64,000 nucleotides of DNA from Alphaproteobacteria bacterium (GCA_963665325.3 OZ224045.1:1-64000), one strand, 5' to 3'. Positions 41,283 through 50,296 are shown, numbered from the stretch's first letter. A program made the numbers and translations. The notes: generated from the sequence alone by a model not told the origin.

Positions 41283-41549
41283 AGCCCGGATTTCTCACCA
41301 ATGTCATGGCCTGCGCGGCGCTGTCGGGCCGGCAGGGTAGGAAAGACGCGTAGCGCGATGCCGGGCATCGGGCAAGCGACTTGACGCCCCCTGCCGGCCC
41401 GACAGCGCCGCCCTTCGGGTCGCGTCCAGCCGTTCGCCCACTGCGGCGCGGGCCTCAAGCGTAGGCTCCGCTACGCTTTTCGGCCCGCTCCTTGCCGATC
41501 GAACGCCTGGACGCGACGCAGGCCGTGACCTTGGTGGGAAATCGGGGCT
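41283..41549. repeat. 267-bp MITE-like structured element with 33-bp terminal inverted repeats and two internal hairpins
   Basis: TIRs 41283-41315 / 41517-41549 match 29/33. Perfect 23-bp inverted repeat 41315-41337 / 41389-41411. Nested hairpin 41419-41517. Confidence 0.8.
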
Positions 41550-41553
41550 GGCC

Positions 41554-41582
41554 CTTGCCGCGCGCCGAGTGCAAGTCATATA
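41554..41582 (+). promoter_or_regulatory. Candidate sigma70 promoter of cysE
   Basis: CTTGCC-N17-CATATA, close to the alphaproteobacterial CTTGAC-N17-CTATAT consensus, 35 nt before the ATG. Confidence 0.5.
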
Positions 41583-41617
41583 AGCGGAATATCGGCGGCG
41601 AGGAAGGGCGCTCGGCG

Positions 41618-42325
41618 ATGGGCCTGCTGAAGGAGATCGACAGCTATATCGACCGCGACCCGGCGCTGCGCTCGCGCTTGGAAGTGGTTCTGGCCTATCC
41701 GGGCTTCCACGCGCTGATCTTCTACCGGATCGCCAACTGGCTCTGGCGCAAGCGCTTCTATCTCATTGGCCGGTTCGTCAGCCATCTGGGCCGAGGCTTC
41801 ACCGGCATCGAGATCCATCCGGGCGCGACCATCGGCCAGCGGCTTTTCATCGATCACGGCATGGGGGTCGTCATCGGTGAGACGGCGGAGCTCGGCAACG
41901 ATGTCACGCTCTACCAGGGAGTTACGCTTGGCACCACCTCGACCGCGAAGGGCAAGCGCCACCCGACGCTCGCTGACGGCGTGATCGTTGGGTCGGGCGC
42001 TCAGGTGCTGGGGCCGTTCACGGTGGGCGAGGGCGCGCGGATCGGTGCCAATGCGGTGGTTCTCAAGGCCGTGCCCGCCGGCGCAACCATGACGGGTATC
42101 CCGGCAAAGATGGCGCAGCCGCGAAGCCGCAGGCAGCCGGAGAGCTTCGTCGCCTACGGCACTCCCGAGGGCGTAACCAACCCCGACAGCCGTTCGATCC
42201 GCACGCTGGCCGAAACGGTGAAGCGGCTGGAGGCGCGGGTGGCCGAACTGGAGCGGGAACTCGACGAACGCGGCCGCGACGGCGAGAGCGAAGACCGTTC
42301 GCCGCGAATCGGCACTGCCGGTTAG
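41618..42325 (+). CDS. cysE: Serine O-acetyltransferase
   Basis: [41 protein letters not shown] hexapeptide repeats. Confidence 0.96.
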   Translation: MGLLKEIDSYIDRDPALRSRLEVVLAYPGFHALIFYRIANWLWRKRFYLIGRFVSHLGRGFTGIEIHPGATIGQRLFIDHGMGVVIGETAELGNDVTLYQGVTLGTTSTAKGKRHPTLADGVIVGSGAQVLGPFTVGEGARIGANAVVLKAVPAGATMTGIPAKMAQPRSRRQPESFVAYGTPEGVTNPDSRSIRTLAETVKRLEARVAELERELDERGRDGESEDRSPRIGTAG

Positions 42326-42366
42326 CCCGCGCACAAATACTGTTATTCGAAAAGGAGAAGACCGTC

Positions 42367-42912
42367 ATGGCGCGTCTGCCCATGCCCGAAACCCTGAGCG
42401 AACGCCAGCGCGAGGTTCTCGACGCGATTTCCGCCGGTCCGCGCGGCGGGGCTCGCGGCCCCTTTGCCGCCCTGTTACGCAGTCCCGAGCTCTGCGAGCG
42501 GGCCCAGTTGCTGGGAGCGTTCTGCCGCTTCGGCACGAGCCTCGGTCCACGGCTCTCGGAGCTTGCCATCTTGGTGACGGCGCGGGAGTGGACTGCGCAA
42601 TACGAGTGGTATGCCCATGCGCGGCTCGCCCGCGAAGCCGGTTTGGACGGAGAGATTGTGGAGGCCATCAAGGCGCGGAGGCGTCCGGAGGGGATGGCGG
42701 CGGACGAGGCCGCGGTCTACGACCTGTCCACCGAACTCTATGCGACGAAGCGCGTGAGCGACGCCACCTATAACCGCGCTGTCGCGGCTCTGGGCGAAAC
42801 GGGTGTCGTCGAGACCGTCGGCGTCATGGGCTATTACTGCTTGGTCTCGATGGCGCTGAACGTCTCCGGCGTCGAACTCCCGGAGGGCGAGCCGGAGCCG
42901 CTCAGCCTGTAG
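42367..42912 (+). CDS. Carboxymuconolactone decarboxylase / AhpD-like family
   Basis: GPFAALLRSPEL, ELAILVTAR, YEWYAHARLA, GVMGYY. RBS AGGAG. Confidence 0.88.
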   Translation: MARLPMPETLSERQREVLDAISAGPRGGARGPFAALLRSPELCERAQLLGAFCRFGTSLGPRLSELAILVTAREWTAQYEWYAHARLAREAGLDGEIVEAIKARRRPEGMAADEAAVYDLSTELYATKRVSDATYNRAVAALGETGVVETVGVMGYYCLVSMALNVSGVELPEGEPEPLSL

Positions 42913-42917
42913 CCGAT

Positions 42918-43445
42918 CTAGCCGCGGCGCCCGTGGCCGCGGTGTTTCAGCAGCCCGTCGAGCGCCTGGCGCTGTTCGTCGTTCAGCGTGGCATACCAGC
43001 CGTCGAAGGCGGGTCTGACATCGCTCAGGACCGCGGCCACCGTCTTGCTTGCGGCCTCCGCCAGTGCGAGCTTCGCTGGAAGCGTCTTCTCGGCCCGTAG
43101 CGCTTCGGTCTCCGCGCATGTCTCGCCGACCTTCTCGCCGCCCGCCCTGACAGTGTCCGTCAGGCGGTCCCAGGCGGCGCGCTGTTCCGGCGTGAACGCC
43201 ATGAAGGTCTCGGCGAAGGTGATCGCGGCCTCGATATGCTCGCCGCGCGCGTCGCTGCACAGCTTTTGCGCCATGTTGCCCTTGCGGCCGTGGCCGCCCC
43301 AGCCGTGGCGGTAGCCGGCGAGCGTGATCGCGGCCTGGCCGGTGGCCACGCCCTGGCGGATGTCGGGCGACACAGCCCAGGCGCCGACCGCACCCAGGCT
43401 TGCGAGGCCCAGCCCGCCGGCGATGAGGATGACCTTGAGTTTCAT
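42918..43445 (-). CDS. Spy/CpxP-family periplasmic protein
   Basis: Signal anchor, Gly/His-rich segment, FTPEQRAAW and LNDEQR (LTxxQ-like) motifs. RBS GAAGGA. Divergent from a two-component system. Confidence 0.8.
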   Translation of the reverse strand: MKLKVILIAGGLGLASLGAVGAWAVSPDIRQGVATGQAAITLAGYRHGWGGHGRKGNMAQKLCSDARGEHIEAAITFAETFMAFTPEQRAAWDRLTDTVRAGGEKVGETCAETEALRAEKTLPAKLALAEAASKTVAAVLSDVRPAFDGWYATLNDEQRQALDGLLKHRGHGRRG

Positions 43446-43571
43446 GGGATGTCCTTCCTTCGGTTCTGCCGGCCAACGTAGCCGGACTGCTCCGTGTATG
43501 GGGTCTCCAAGTAACGCGGCCATGTCCCGGCCGCCGGCATTTGGCAACGAAGCATTGCGGACGCCGGGCCC

Positions 43572-43586
43572 GTTACGCTTCGTTAC
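43572..43586 (-). promoter_or_regulatory. OmpR/CpxR-type direct repeat GTAAC-N5-GTAAC
   Basis: Plus strand GTTACGCTTCGTTAC, 10-bp period, between the spy-like gene and the response regulator. Confidence 0.55.
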
Positions 43587-43631
43587 AAGATTTCCTCCGG
43601 CTCGCCGTTTCGACCGCATAAACTCCGGTCC

Positions 43632-44354
43632 GTGAACAGCAGCCCGCATATCCTGGTGGTCGACGACGACCGTGAAATCCGCGACCTGCTCGCCCGGTTC
43701 CTGCGCAAGCACGGGTTCCGGGTGGAGACGGCCGCCGACGGCAAGGCAATGTTCCGCACCCTGTCGGCGGGGCGCTTCGATCTGGTGGTGCTCGACCTGA
43801 TGCTGCCGGGCGAAGACGGGCTCAGCCTCTGCCGCAGGGTCCGGGCGGAGTCCGACCTGCCGATCGTCATGCTCACGGCAATCGGGGAGGATACCGACCG
43901 CATCGTCGGGCTCGAGATGGGCGCAGACGACTATCTCGCCAAGCCGTTCAATCCGCGCGAGCTGCTGGCCCGCATCCGAGCCGTGCTGCGCCGCGCGCCG
44001 GAAATGCGCCAGCGGCCGGAGGCGGACCCATCCCGGACCTACCGCTTCCAGGGCTGGGTGCTGGATGCCGGTCGGCGCAGCCTCCACGCGCCCGACGGCG
44101 CGCTGGTGGACCTGACCGGTGGCGAGTTCGACCTGCTGCTGGCGCTCGTCGGGCATCCGGGCCGGGTGTTGAACCGAGACCAGCTTCTGGACCTCACCCG
44201 CGGGCGCGAAGCCGGGCCGTTCGACCGCAGCGTCGATGTCCAGGTGAGCCGCCTGCGCCGCAAGATCGAGGAAGACGCGAAGCAACCGGAGCTCATCAAG
44301 ACGGTGCGCGGCGGCGGCTATGTCTTTGCCGGCGCGGTGCAGGAAAGCCCGTGA
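43632..44354 (+). CDS. OmpR-family response regulator
   Basis: ILVVDDD, VLDLMLPG, GADDYLAKPFNPREL, DRSVDVQVSRLRRKI, IKTVRGGGY. Confidence 0.96.
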   Translation: MNSSPHILVVDDDREIRDLLARFLRKHGFRVETAADGKAMFRTLSAGRFDLVVLDLMLPGEDGLSLCRRVRAESDLPIVMLTAIGEDTDRIVGLEMGADDYLAKPFNPRELLARIRAVLRRAPEMRQRPEADPSRTYRFQGWVLDAGRRSLHAPDGALVDLTGGEFDLLLALVGHPGRVLNRDQLLDLTRGREAGPFDRSVDVQVSRLRRKIEEDAKQPELIKTVRGGGYVFAGAVQESP

Positions 44355-45673
44355 CCCGCTGGCTGCTGCGCCTCTGGCCGGAGGGCATTGCCGGCCGCCT
44401 CGGCCTGCTGCTTCTGGCCGCGCTGGCGGTGTTCTGTCTTGCGGCGGCGCTGGTCTATCTGGATGAGCGGCGCGACCGCGCGGTGGACAATTTCGGCCGG
44501 ACAATGTCGGTCCGGATGACGGCCATGGTGGAGTTGCTGGAAGAAACGCCGGCGGACGGGAGGCAGCGGCTGCAGACTGTGCTGTCGGACCGGCGGTTTC
44601 GAGTGAGGCTGCTGGCGGGACGGCCGCAGGGCCTGGAATGGCTGCCGCCTGACCGCGTCGATATGGATGCCGCCCGTCACCTGCAAGTGCTCCAGCCTCG
44701 GCCGGTGCTCATGCGCCTAGGCGGCGCGGGCCCGAAGGACAGGCACGGCAGGCCCCGCATCGCCGCGGCGGTCGCGCTGGATGACGGCGCGTGGGCAGAA
44801 TTTATCATCCGGCGGCCCTATTGGCCGCGCTCCGGGCCGCTGATCTGGCTCGGCCTGACGGCGCTGCTGGTTGTCGGGGCCCTGGTCTGGGGCGCGCACC
44901 GGATGACCCGGCCGCTGCGCCGCTTTGCGGAGGCAGCGGACCGGCTGGGGCTGGATGCAGGGCCGCCGCCGCTGCCGGAGCGGGGCCCGCGCGAGTTGCG
45001 CAATGCCACGCGGGCCTTCAACCGCATGACGGCGCGTATCCGCCGGCTCGTGGACGACCGCACATTGATGCTGGCGGCGGTCTCGCACGACCTCAAGACC
45101 ATGCTGACGCGTCTGCGCCTGCGCGCCGAGTTCATCGAGGACGTCGAGCAGAAGGAGAAGGCCGCAGCCGACCTCGACGAGATGCAGGCCATGCTGGAGG
45201 CGACGCTCTCTTTCGCGCGCGACGACGTGGCGGACGAGCATCCGGTGGCCGTCGATTTGGCGGCCATGCTGCAGAGCCTAGCCGCCGACTTCGCCGATGC
45301 CGGCCGCGCGGCCTCCTATGACGGCCCCGACCGTCTGACCCTACAGGGCCGGCCGGTCGCGCTGCGCCGTGTCTTCCAGAACCTGATCGACAATGCCCTG
45401 CGTTACGGCGAGGAGGCGGGCGTCTCGCTGCGGCAGGCAGACGGATGGGCCGAAGTGCAGATCGACGACCGCGGGCCCGGCATACCTCCGGAGCTCAGGG
45501 AGCGGGTCTTCGACCCCTTCTTTCGCGTGGAGGCGTCGAGGAGCCGCGACACGGGCGGCAGCGGTCTCGGCCTTGCCGTGGTTCGCGCCATCGTCCAGCG
45601 GCACGACGGCGAAATCGCCCTGGAAGACCGCCCCGGCGGCGGGCTGCGGGTGCGCGTCCTGTTGCCGCTGTAG
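44351..45673 (+). CDS. Sensor histidine kinase (EnvZ/CpxA-like)
   Basis: Two TM helices, HAMP, H-box VSHDLKT, NLIDNALRY, DRGPGI, GGSGLGL. Confidence 0.96.
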   Translation: MTRWLLRLWPEGIAGRLGLLLLAALAVFCLAAALVYLDERRDRAVDNFGRTMSVRMTAMVELLEETPADGRQRLQTVLSDRRFRVRLLAGRPQGLEWLPPDRVDMDAARHLQVLQPRPVLMRLGGAGPKDRHGRPRIAAAVALDDGAWAEFIIRRPYWPRSGPLIWLGLTALLVVGALVWGAHRMTRPLRRFAEAADRLGLDAGPPPLPERGPRELRNATRAFNRMTARIRRLVDDRTLMLAAVSHDLKTMLTRLRLRAEFIEDVEQKEKAAADLDEMQAMLEATLSFARDDVADEHPVAVDLAAMLQSLAADFADAGRAASYDGPDRLTLQGRPVALRRVFQNLIDNALRYGEEAGVSLRQADGWAEVQIDDRGPGIPPELRERVFDPFFRVEASRSRDTGGSGLGLAVVRAIVQRHDGEIALEDRPGGGLRVRVLLPL

Positions 45674-45718
45674 CGGGCTGCGTCCGGGCGCGATACAGGG
45701 CCTCGAACGGCGCATGCG

Positions 45719-45831
45719 CCCTTCGATACGCGCCCGCTGGCGCGGGCGCTACTCAGGGCGAGAAAAAGGGCGCTGGCGGGGTTCCGGGAATTCTCTCATC
45801 CCGAGCAACGGCGTCAGCCGCGTATCGAGGG
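45719..45831. repeat. Inverted pair of REP/RIME-like palindromic elements
   Basis: CCCTTCGATACGCG-hairpin-CGCTACTCAGGGCGAG (45719-45762) and its degenerate inverse CTCATCCCGAGCAACG-hairpin-CGCGTATCGAGGG (45795-45831). Resembles recalled alphaproteobacterial intergenic repeats. Confidence 0.7.
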
Positions 45832-45917
45832 ACAGCCGCGGATTGCGGGCTGCGCCCGTGTTTTTCCCGATCGGGGTTTCATTCTGGCGAGAAAGAGCTT
45901 ATATTCTGCCTAATCTA

Positions 45918-45932
45918 GTACAAAACAGAAAC
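45918..45932 (+). promoter_or_regulatory. Possible alphaproteobacterial LexA box
   Basis: GTAC-AAAACAG-AAAC against the consensus GAAC-N7-GAAC (2 mismatches), in an AT-rich promoter-like patch. Confidence 0.3.
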
Positions 45933-46151
45933 ACGTAGGCGCATGACCTGACAATGTGGAGCGCGTGCGGCATGAGCCGCATTGTGGCGCTATTCGGGAT
46001 TTCGATGGGCGAAACCGGCGGCCGGGCCGGACAGGAGAGGTGCGCGCGCCGGTCGCGGAAGAACCGACCGAGTTGCCGTAACTCCGGGTCGGGTCCGCGC
46101 GTTTGACCCGTTCGAAATGACCCGCCGGGCGGTGCGGCCGGGGGAGGAACC

Positions 46152-46586
46152 ATGACGGATTTGCTGGCGGAGCGGAGCCGGGGGCGGGCGTTCGGCGAGG
46201 ACCTCCGCCGCCGGGCGGTTTCGGCGGTGTTGGACGATGGGATGACCAAGGCGGCCGCGGGCCGGCGGTTCGGGGTCCATCCCCAAAGCATCGCCCGGTG
46301 GGTCAAGCGCTACCGGGAACGCGGCGACCTGCGGCCGGACCCAAGGGGCGGCGACCTCCAGTCCTGGCGGATCGAAGCGGAGCGGGGGCGAATCGGCCGC
46401 CTTCTGGAGAGGCGGCCGAGACTCACCATCCGCGCCCTCCGCGATGCGCTGGCCGAGGAGGGCGCCGTGTTCGGGTCCGCCACGGTGCAGCGCTTCCTGA
46501 AACGCCACGGCCTGGAACGCGACCGCCGCCTCGCCCGCCTCGGCACCCGGTACGGCGCAAAACGCCCGTCTGCCGGGCGCGGGTGA
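46152..46586 (+). CDS. Stand-alone IS630-transposase-type HTH protein (no DDE domain)
   Basis: RAFGEDLRRRAVSAV...AAGRRFGVHPQSIARWVKRYRERGDLRP...PRLTIRALRDALAEEG...SATVQRFLKRHGL, the IS630 N-terminal double HTH. RBS GGAGG. No catalytic ORF recognised downstream. Confidence 0.8.
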   Translation: MTDLLAERSRGRAFGEDLRRRAVSAVLDDGMTKAAAGRRFGVHPQSIARWVKRYRERGDLRPDPRGGDLQSWRIEAERGRIGRLLERRPRLTIRALRDALAEEGAVFGSATVQRFLKRHGLERDRRLARLGTRYGAKRPSAGRG

Positions 46587-46639
46587 CGTCCGGGCGCCGG
46601 AAGAGTCTGGTACGGCGCACTTTTGTCCTGATCGTCAAT

Positions 46640-46678
46640 GTCGGCGGCCTCTTCGAGGTCTATGCCGACTTTTTTTTT
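46640..46678 (+). terminator. Rho-independent terminator
   Basis: GTCGGC-GGCCTC-TTC-GAGGTC-TAT-GCCGAC hairpin followed by 9 T. Confidence 0.8.
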
Positions 46679-46956
46679 GGCCCGGGGAAGAATTACGCCC
46701 AATTCCCGGACCGGCACTGCGGACGCCGCGTTGCTCTCGGGGATTGAGACGATGGAAATTTGGATCACGCCGGCGCCAGTATTTGCGTTGGCTGCATTGC
46801 AACTGCACCAGCGCAAGTGCTTTCCGGCAGGCTCGTCATGGACAAACACAAATTAAGACGGTAACGACTTGAAGGTTTGGCCATCACCGTCCTGCAACCG
46901 CTAACGCTCCGACACGCCGAGCACTTTAAACTACCCAGACCTAAAGTTAAGTGTAG

Positions 46957-49162
46957 CTAGTTGATCGCTATCCTTGCATCAAACGTGCGAAGTTCTATCA
47001 TTGGATTTCCCAAACCAGTAATTGCCATTTCCAAATGTTTGTCGATTTGACGAACAACAATTATACCTCTCACCTCCTCACTAGGCTCATTTGCCAACTC
47101 CGACCTGACAAATCCCATATACCGCAACGTTTGCCTAACCACCCGATCAGATGCCCTCCCTTTCTTCAACTCGACTACTACGTATTTTCCATTCTTGTCC
47201 TTGCACAACAGATCCATTCTTCCAACTACTGTGGAAAATTGTCGCTCAACTAACCTCAACCCTTCCTCCAACTGAGATACATTCTTTTCCAAGTAATCTT
47301 CAAGAATCTTCTCCTTAATTTGCACCTCATCAAATAGCTCGTCATTTCCCATTTCAAACAAATTCCATTGTCGTGATCCGACCTTACTGACGTCTATATA
47401 ATAATCGATAGCTTCTTCTTTAGTTGGAAATCTATCGATCTCACCGTAATACGCGAACCAATCCTTTGGATTGTCAAACTCAATAAACACCGCCTTAGAC
47501 TGAAACTCTCTGACTAACCGTTCGACCTCAAATCTCCTCGACAACTTAAGGCGCGCCGCCTCATGTGGCGCCTTGGCTTCAGAAAAATACCGAGCAAACG
47601 TCAAGAAATTGATTGCGTAGCTACGATTCAGCTTTATCGTATTGACTAGGGTCTGTACTCGATTAGGGGATTCCGACAGAGTCTGGAATGTGATTCAAGT
47701 TTCCAAACGATATGGAGGTTTGAATGGCGCGGACGCTGTTTTGGTTGAGCGAGGAGGAATGGACTCGGATCGAACCTTGGCTTCCTCATGGTCGTCGCGG
47801 CGCACACCGGGTTGATGACCGCCGGGTGATCTCTGGGATTGTCCACATGTTGAAGACCGGAGCGCGCTGGCGGGATTGTCCGGCGGAGTATGGCCCCTAT
47901 ACGACGATCTACAATCGGTTCAACCGGTGGAGCAAACAGGGTGTGTGGGAGGATGTGTTCTACGCCCTGTCGGGCTCAAGTGGCGTGATCAGCACGACCG
48001 CTGTCGATTCCACCCACGTAAAGGCTCACCGTTCGGCTGCCGGCGCAAAAGGGGGGAATATGAACACGCGATCGGACGATCTCGCGGCGGACGGACGACC
48101 AAGATTCACGCCCTGACCGATGAGGCCGGCCGGCCCGTGGCATTCACCCTTACGCCCGGCCAGGCCCACGATCTTGCCGGGGTCGGGGCTCTCCTGAAGC
48201 AGGTCCCCGCACCAAAGCGATTGATCGCCGACAGGGCCTACGATGCCCGCAAGTTCCGTAACTGGCTCACCGACCGCGGCTGCGAACCGGTGATACCGCC
48301 CCAGTCCACGCGGAAGACCCGCACTCCTTCGACGCCACAGCCTACAAGCTCCGTAACCGCATCGAGCGTATGTTCTGTCGCCTCAAAGACTTTCGCCGTA
48401 TCGCAACCCGCTACGACAAACGCGCCGATACATTCTTGTCGGCCGTCTTCATCGCCGCAACTCTCGCCTGGTGGGCCAATTGAGTCCCGACCCTAGATCA
48501 GTCCTTCTTCCAGGTAACTGATGCATACCTGCAGCGCTTTCCATAATTGCAATTTGATCTGCCTCGCTCACTTCTCGCCACTTCTGTATTAATTCAAGAA
48601 CGTAATCCAAATCGTCATGTTGCCGACACCGTGACAAAAACAACGTATATTCATCATAACTAAGGTAATGGTCCGTATTGAGTAAAACATCCAACAAAAA
48701 AATATGCGGTCGAATTCTGAACTGATCGAATTTCTGTTGTCTAATTGTTGGATTAGTTATTTGATATCTTTGCACCTGTCGTTCTGCAACTATAGATGGA
48801 TCGTTTGACGACATAAGGCGTTCTCCTGCCGTCGTAATTAGTACTCTTTCCTGATCTTCCACCCAAGCGATACCAAGCGTTGAAAACACTACCTTCCACA
48901 TTCGAGCCATAGCAGTAGAGTCTTGCTCAGTCTGATTGCTTGCTCTTTTCAAGAAAAGGCCACTTTTTTTCAGAGCTGCTAAGTAATCTCCTTGAGCATC
49001 ACTCCATATCCGTCCTTCGAAACTCTTTAGGACCCGAAATGCCTCTAATACTTCATGAGACTTCACCACGCGGCCCTTTGGAAAATACCAATATCCTTCG
49101 TCTTTACCATACCAATCCAAAAAACCTGTCCAGTACTGGAGTCGTCTTGGCAATTGTGTCAT
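46957..49162 (-). pseudogene. IS-interrupted restriction endonuclease: AlwI/Nt.BstNBI-like N-terminal domain plus NucS-like PD-(D/E)xK C-terminal domain (452 aa when rebuilt)
   Basis: Joining 49162-48493 to 47645-46957 gives an uninterrupted frame: ...GRRTDL-VNTIKLNRSYAINFLTFARYF... The C-terminus has EKILEDYL, GRMDLL, VVVELKKG, QTLRY. Confidence 0.85.
47649..48493 (+). mobile_element. IS5-family (IS427-like) element, defective
   Basis: IRs GGGTCTGTACTCGATT / GGGTCGGGACTCAATT, with CTAG at both junctions (TA or CTAG duplication). orfA 47724-48116; -1 slippery AAAAGGGGGG at 48047-48056; extra frameshift near 48318 before RNRIER. Confidence 0.95.
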
Positions 49163-49165
49163 CCA

Positions 49166-50245
49166 TTATTCTCCATTGTTTTTGTCGTCAAATAGGTCGA
49201 GCGGAGTTTGCGATTGACTAGGTATATTCCGACCATAAGTCGTTCTCTTGTGCTTAGCTAATGCCCTATCGACATCTGCTTCGTCACCGAATCGTTTCTC
49301 AGAAGATTCATAGTCCTTTTGGCATTTATATGTAGACAATTCCTCAGACGTGGGATAATTTGGTCGTCCAACTAGCCAGTTTAATCCTTGACCCCAAATG
49401 CAACTGTTAACGCGATTCTTGGCCAGACGATGATATTCGTGAGATAATTCAATTCCAATGCAACGACGCTGAAGCATCTTGGCTACAATTGAAGTTGTGC
49501 CAATTCCATTGAATGGGTCAAGTATCAAGTCTCCATCGTGATCTTCGCTTGCACCGAAGGAATACATTTTTATGAAGCGAGCTGGTAATTTCAATGGAAA
49601 AGGTGCGGGATGATGTAGTTCACGCTTAACATCAGCAGGATACATAAACCAAACTTGTTGAGTCAAATCTAGCCATTCATACTGCTTTAGATGATTTGCA
49701 TTCTTGGTTGCCGTTGACATTTTTCGAGGGAAACCGGGTTTAACGTAAACAGCCATAAACTCAATCGTGTTGTTTTCCAAAATGTTGGGCGGAAACGGGT
49801 AGCTCCCGAACATCATTTTCGAAGTTTGCTTCTGCCAAATATACAAGCTAAATCGATTGTAGTCGGTGTTCGATAAAATCCATTGTTCGGTGTCAGAAAA
49901 AATGTTCTTTATGTGCCTCGGCCTTTGCTTAATTACTTTATTTGGAATCGGCATGATTGGGGTGTTGATTACAAGCTTTCCGTTGGGCCGTAAAGCGCGA
50001 AAACAATCCAACCAAACTGAACCTAACCAAGCGATGTATTCTTCATACGTTTGAGACGATAAGGTGTCGTTTCCTTGGTACTCGACAGCAGTCCAATATG
50101 GAGGTGAAGTGACGACCAAGTCGATGGTTTCATCCTCGATGCGTGATAAGCCTTCCAAAACGTCAGCGTGGAGGAGAGCAATGTTGCCCGTAGTGTCGAG
50201 GTCCGCGTTGAGTGAGGAGAGGTTCATTGAATGGAAGTGATGCAC
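49166..50245 (-). CDS. Beta-class N4/N6 DNA methyltransferase, probably m4C
   Basis: LVVTSPPY catalytic motif before HPAPFP and ILDPFNGIGTT (SAM binding), CIGIEL. Start may be the ATG at 50227. Stop is 3 nt before the endonuclease ATG. Confidence 0.93.
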   Translation of the reverse strand: MHHFHSMNLSSLNADLDTTGNIALLHADVLEGLSRIEDETIDLVVTSPPYWTAVEYQGNDTLSSQTYEEYIAWLGSVWLDCFRALRPNGKLVINTPIMPIPNKVIKQRPRHIKNIFSDTEQWILSNTDYNRFSLYIWQKQTSKMMFGSYPFPPNILENNTIEFMAVYVKPGFPRKMSTATKNANHLKQYEWLDLTQQVWFMYPADVKRELHHPAPFPLKLPARFIKMYSFGASEDHDGDLILDPFNGIGTTSIVAKMLQRRCIGIELSHEYHRLAKNRVNSCIWGQGLNWLVGRPNYPTSEELSTYKCQKDYESSEKRFGDEADVDRALAKHKRTTYGRNIPSQSQTPLDLFDDKNNGE

Positions 50246-50296
50246 CGGTAGAGAAAGTAACCCTGTGACATGTTGAAGTATGAAGGCCGTGTACTA

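Noticed and set aside
45916-46630. Terminal inverted repeats defining a complete IS630 around the HTH gene
   Set aside because: Only an 8/10 match (AGTACAAAAC against CTTTTGTCCT) that does not extend, and no transposase catalytic domain.
48449-48492. C-terminal tail GSGLNWPTRRELRR of ORF 48449-49162 as genuine protein sequence
   Set aside because: It is read-through into the IS right end; the real continuation is at 47645 and below.
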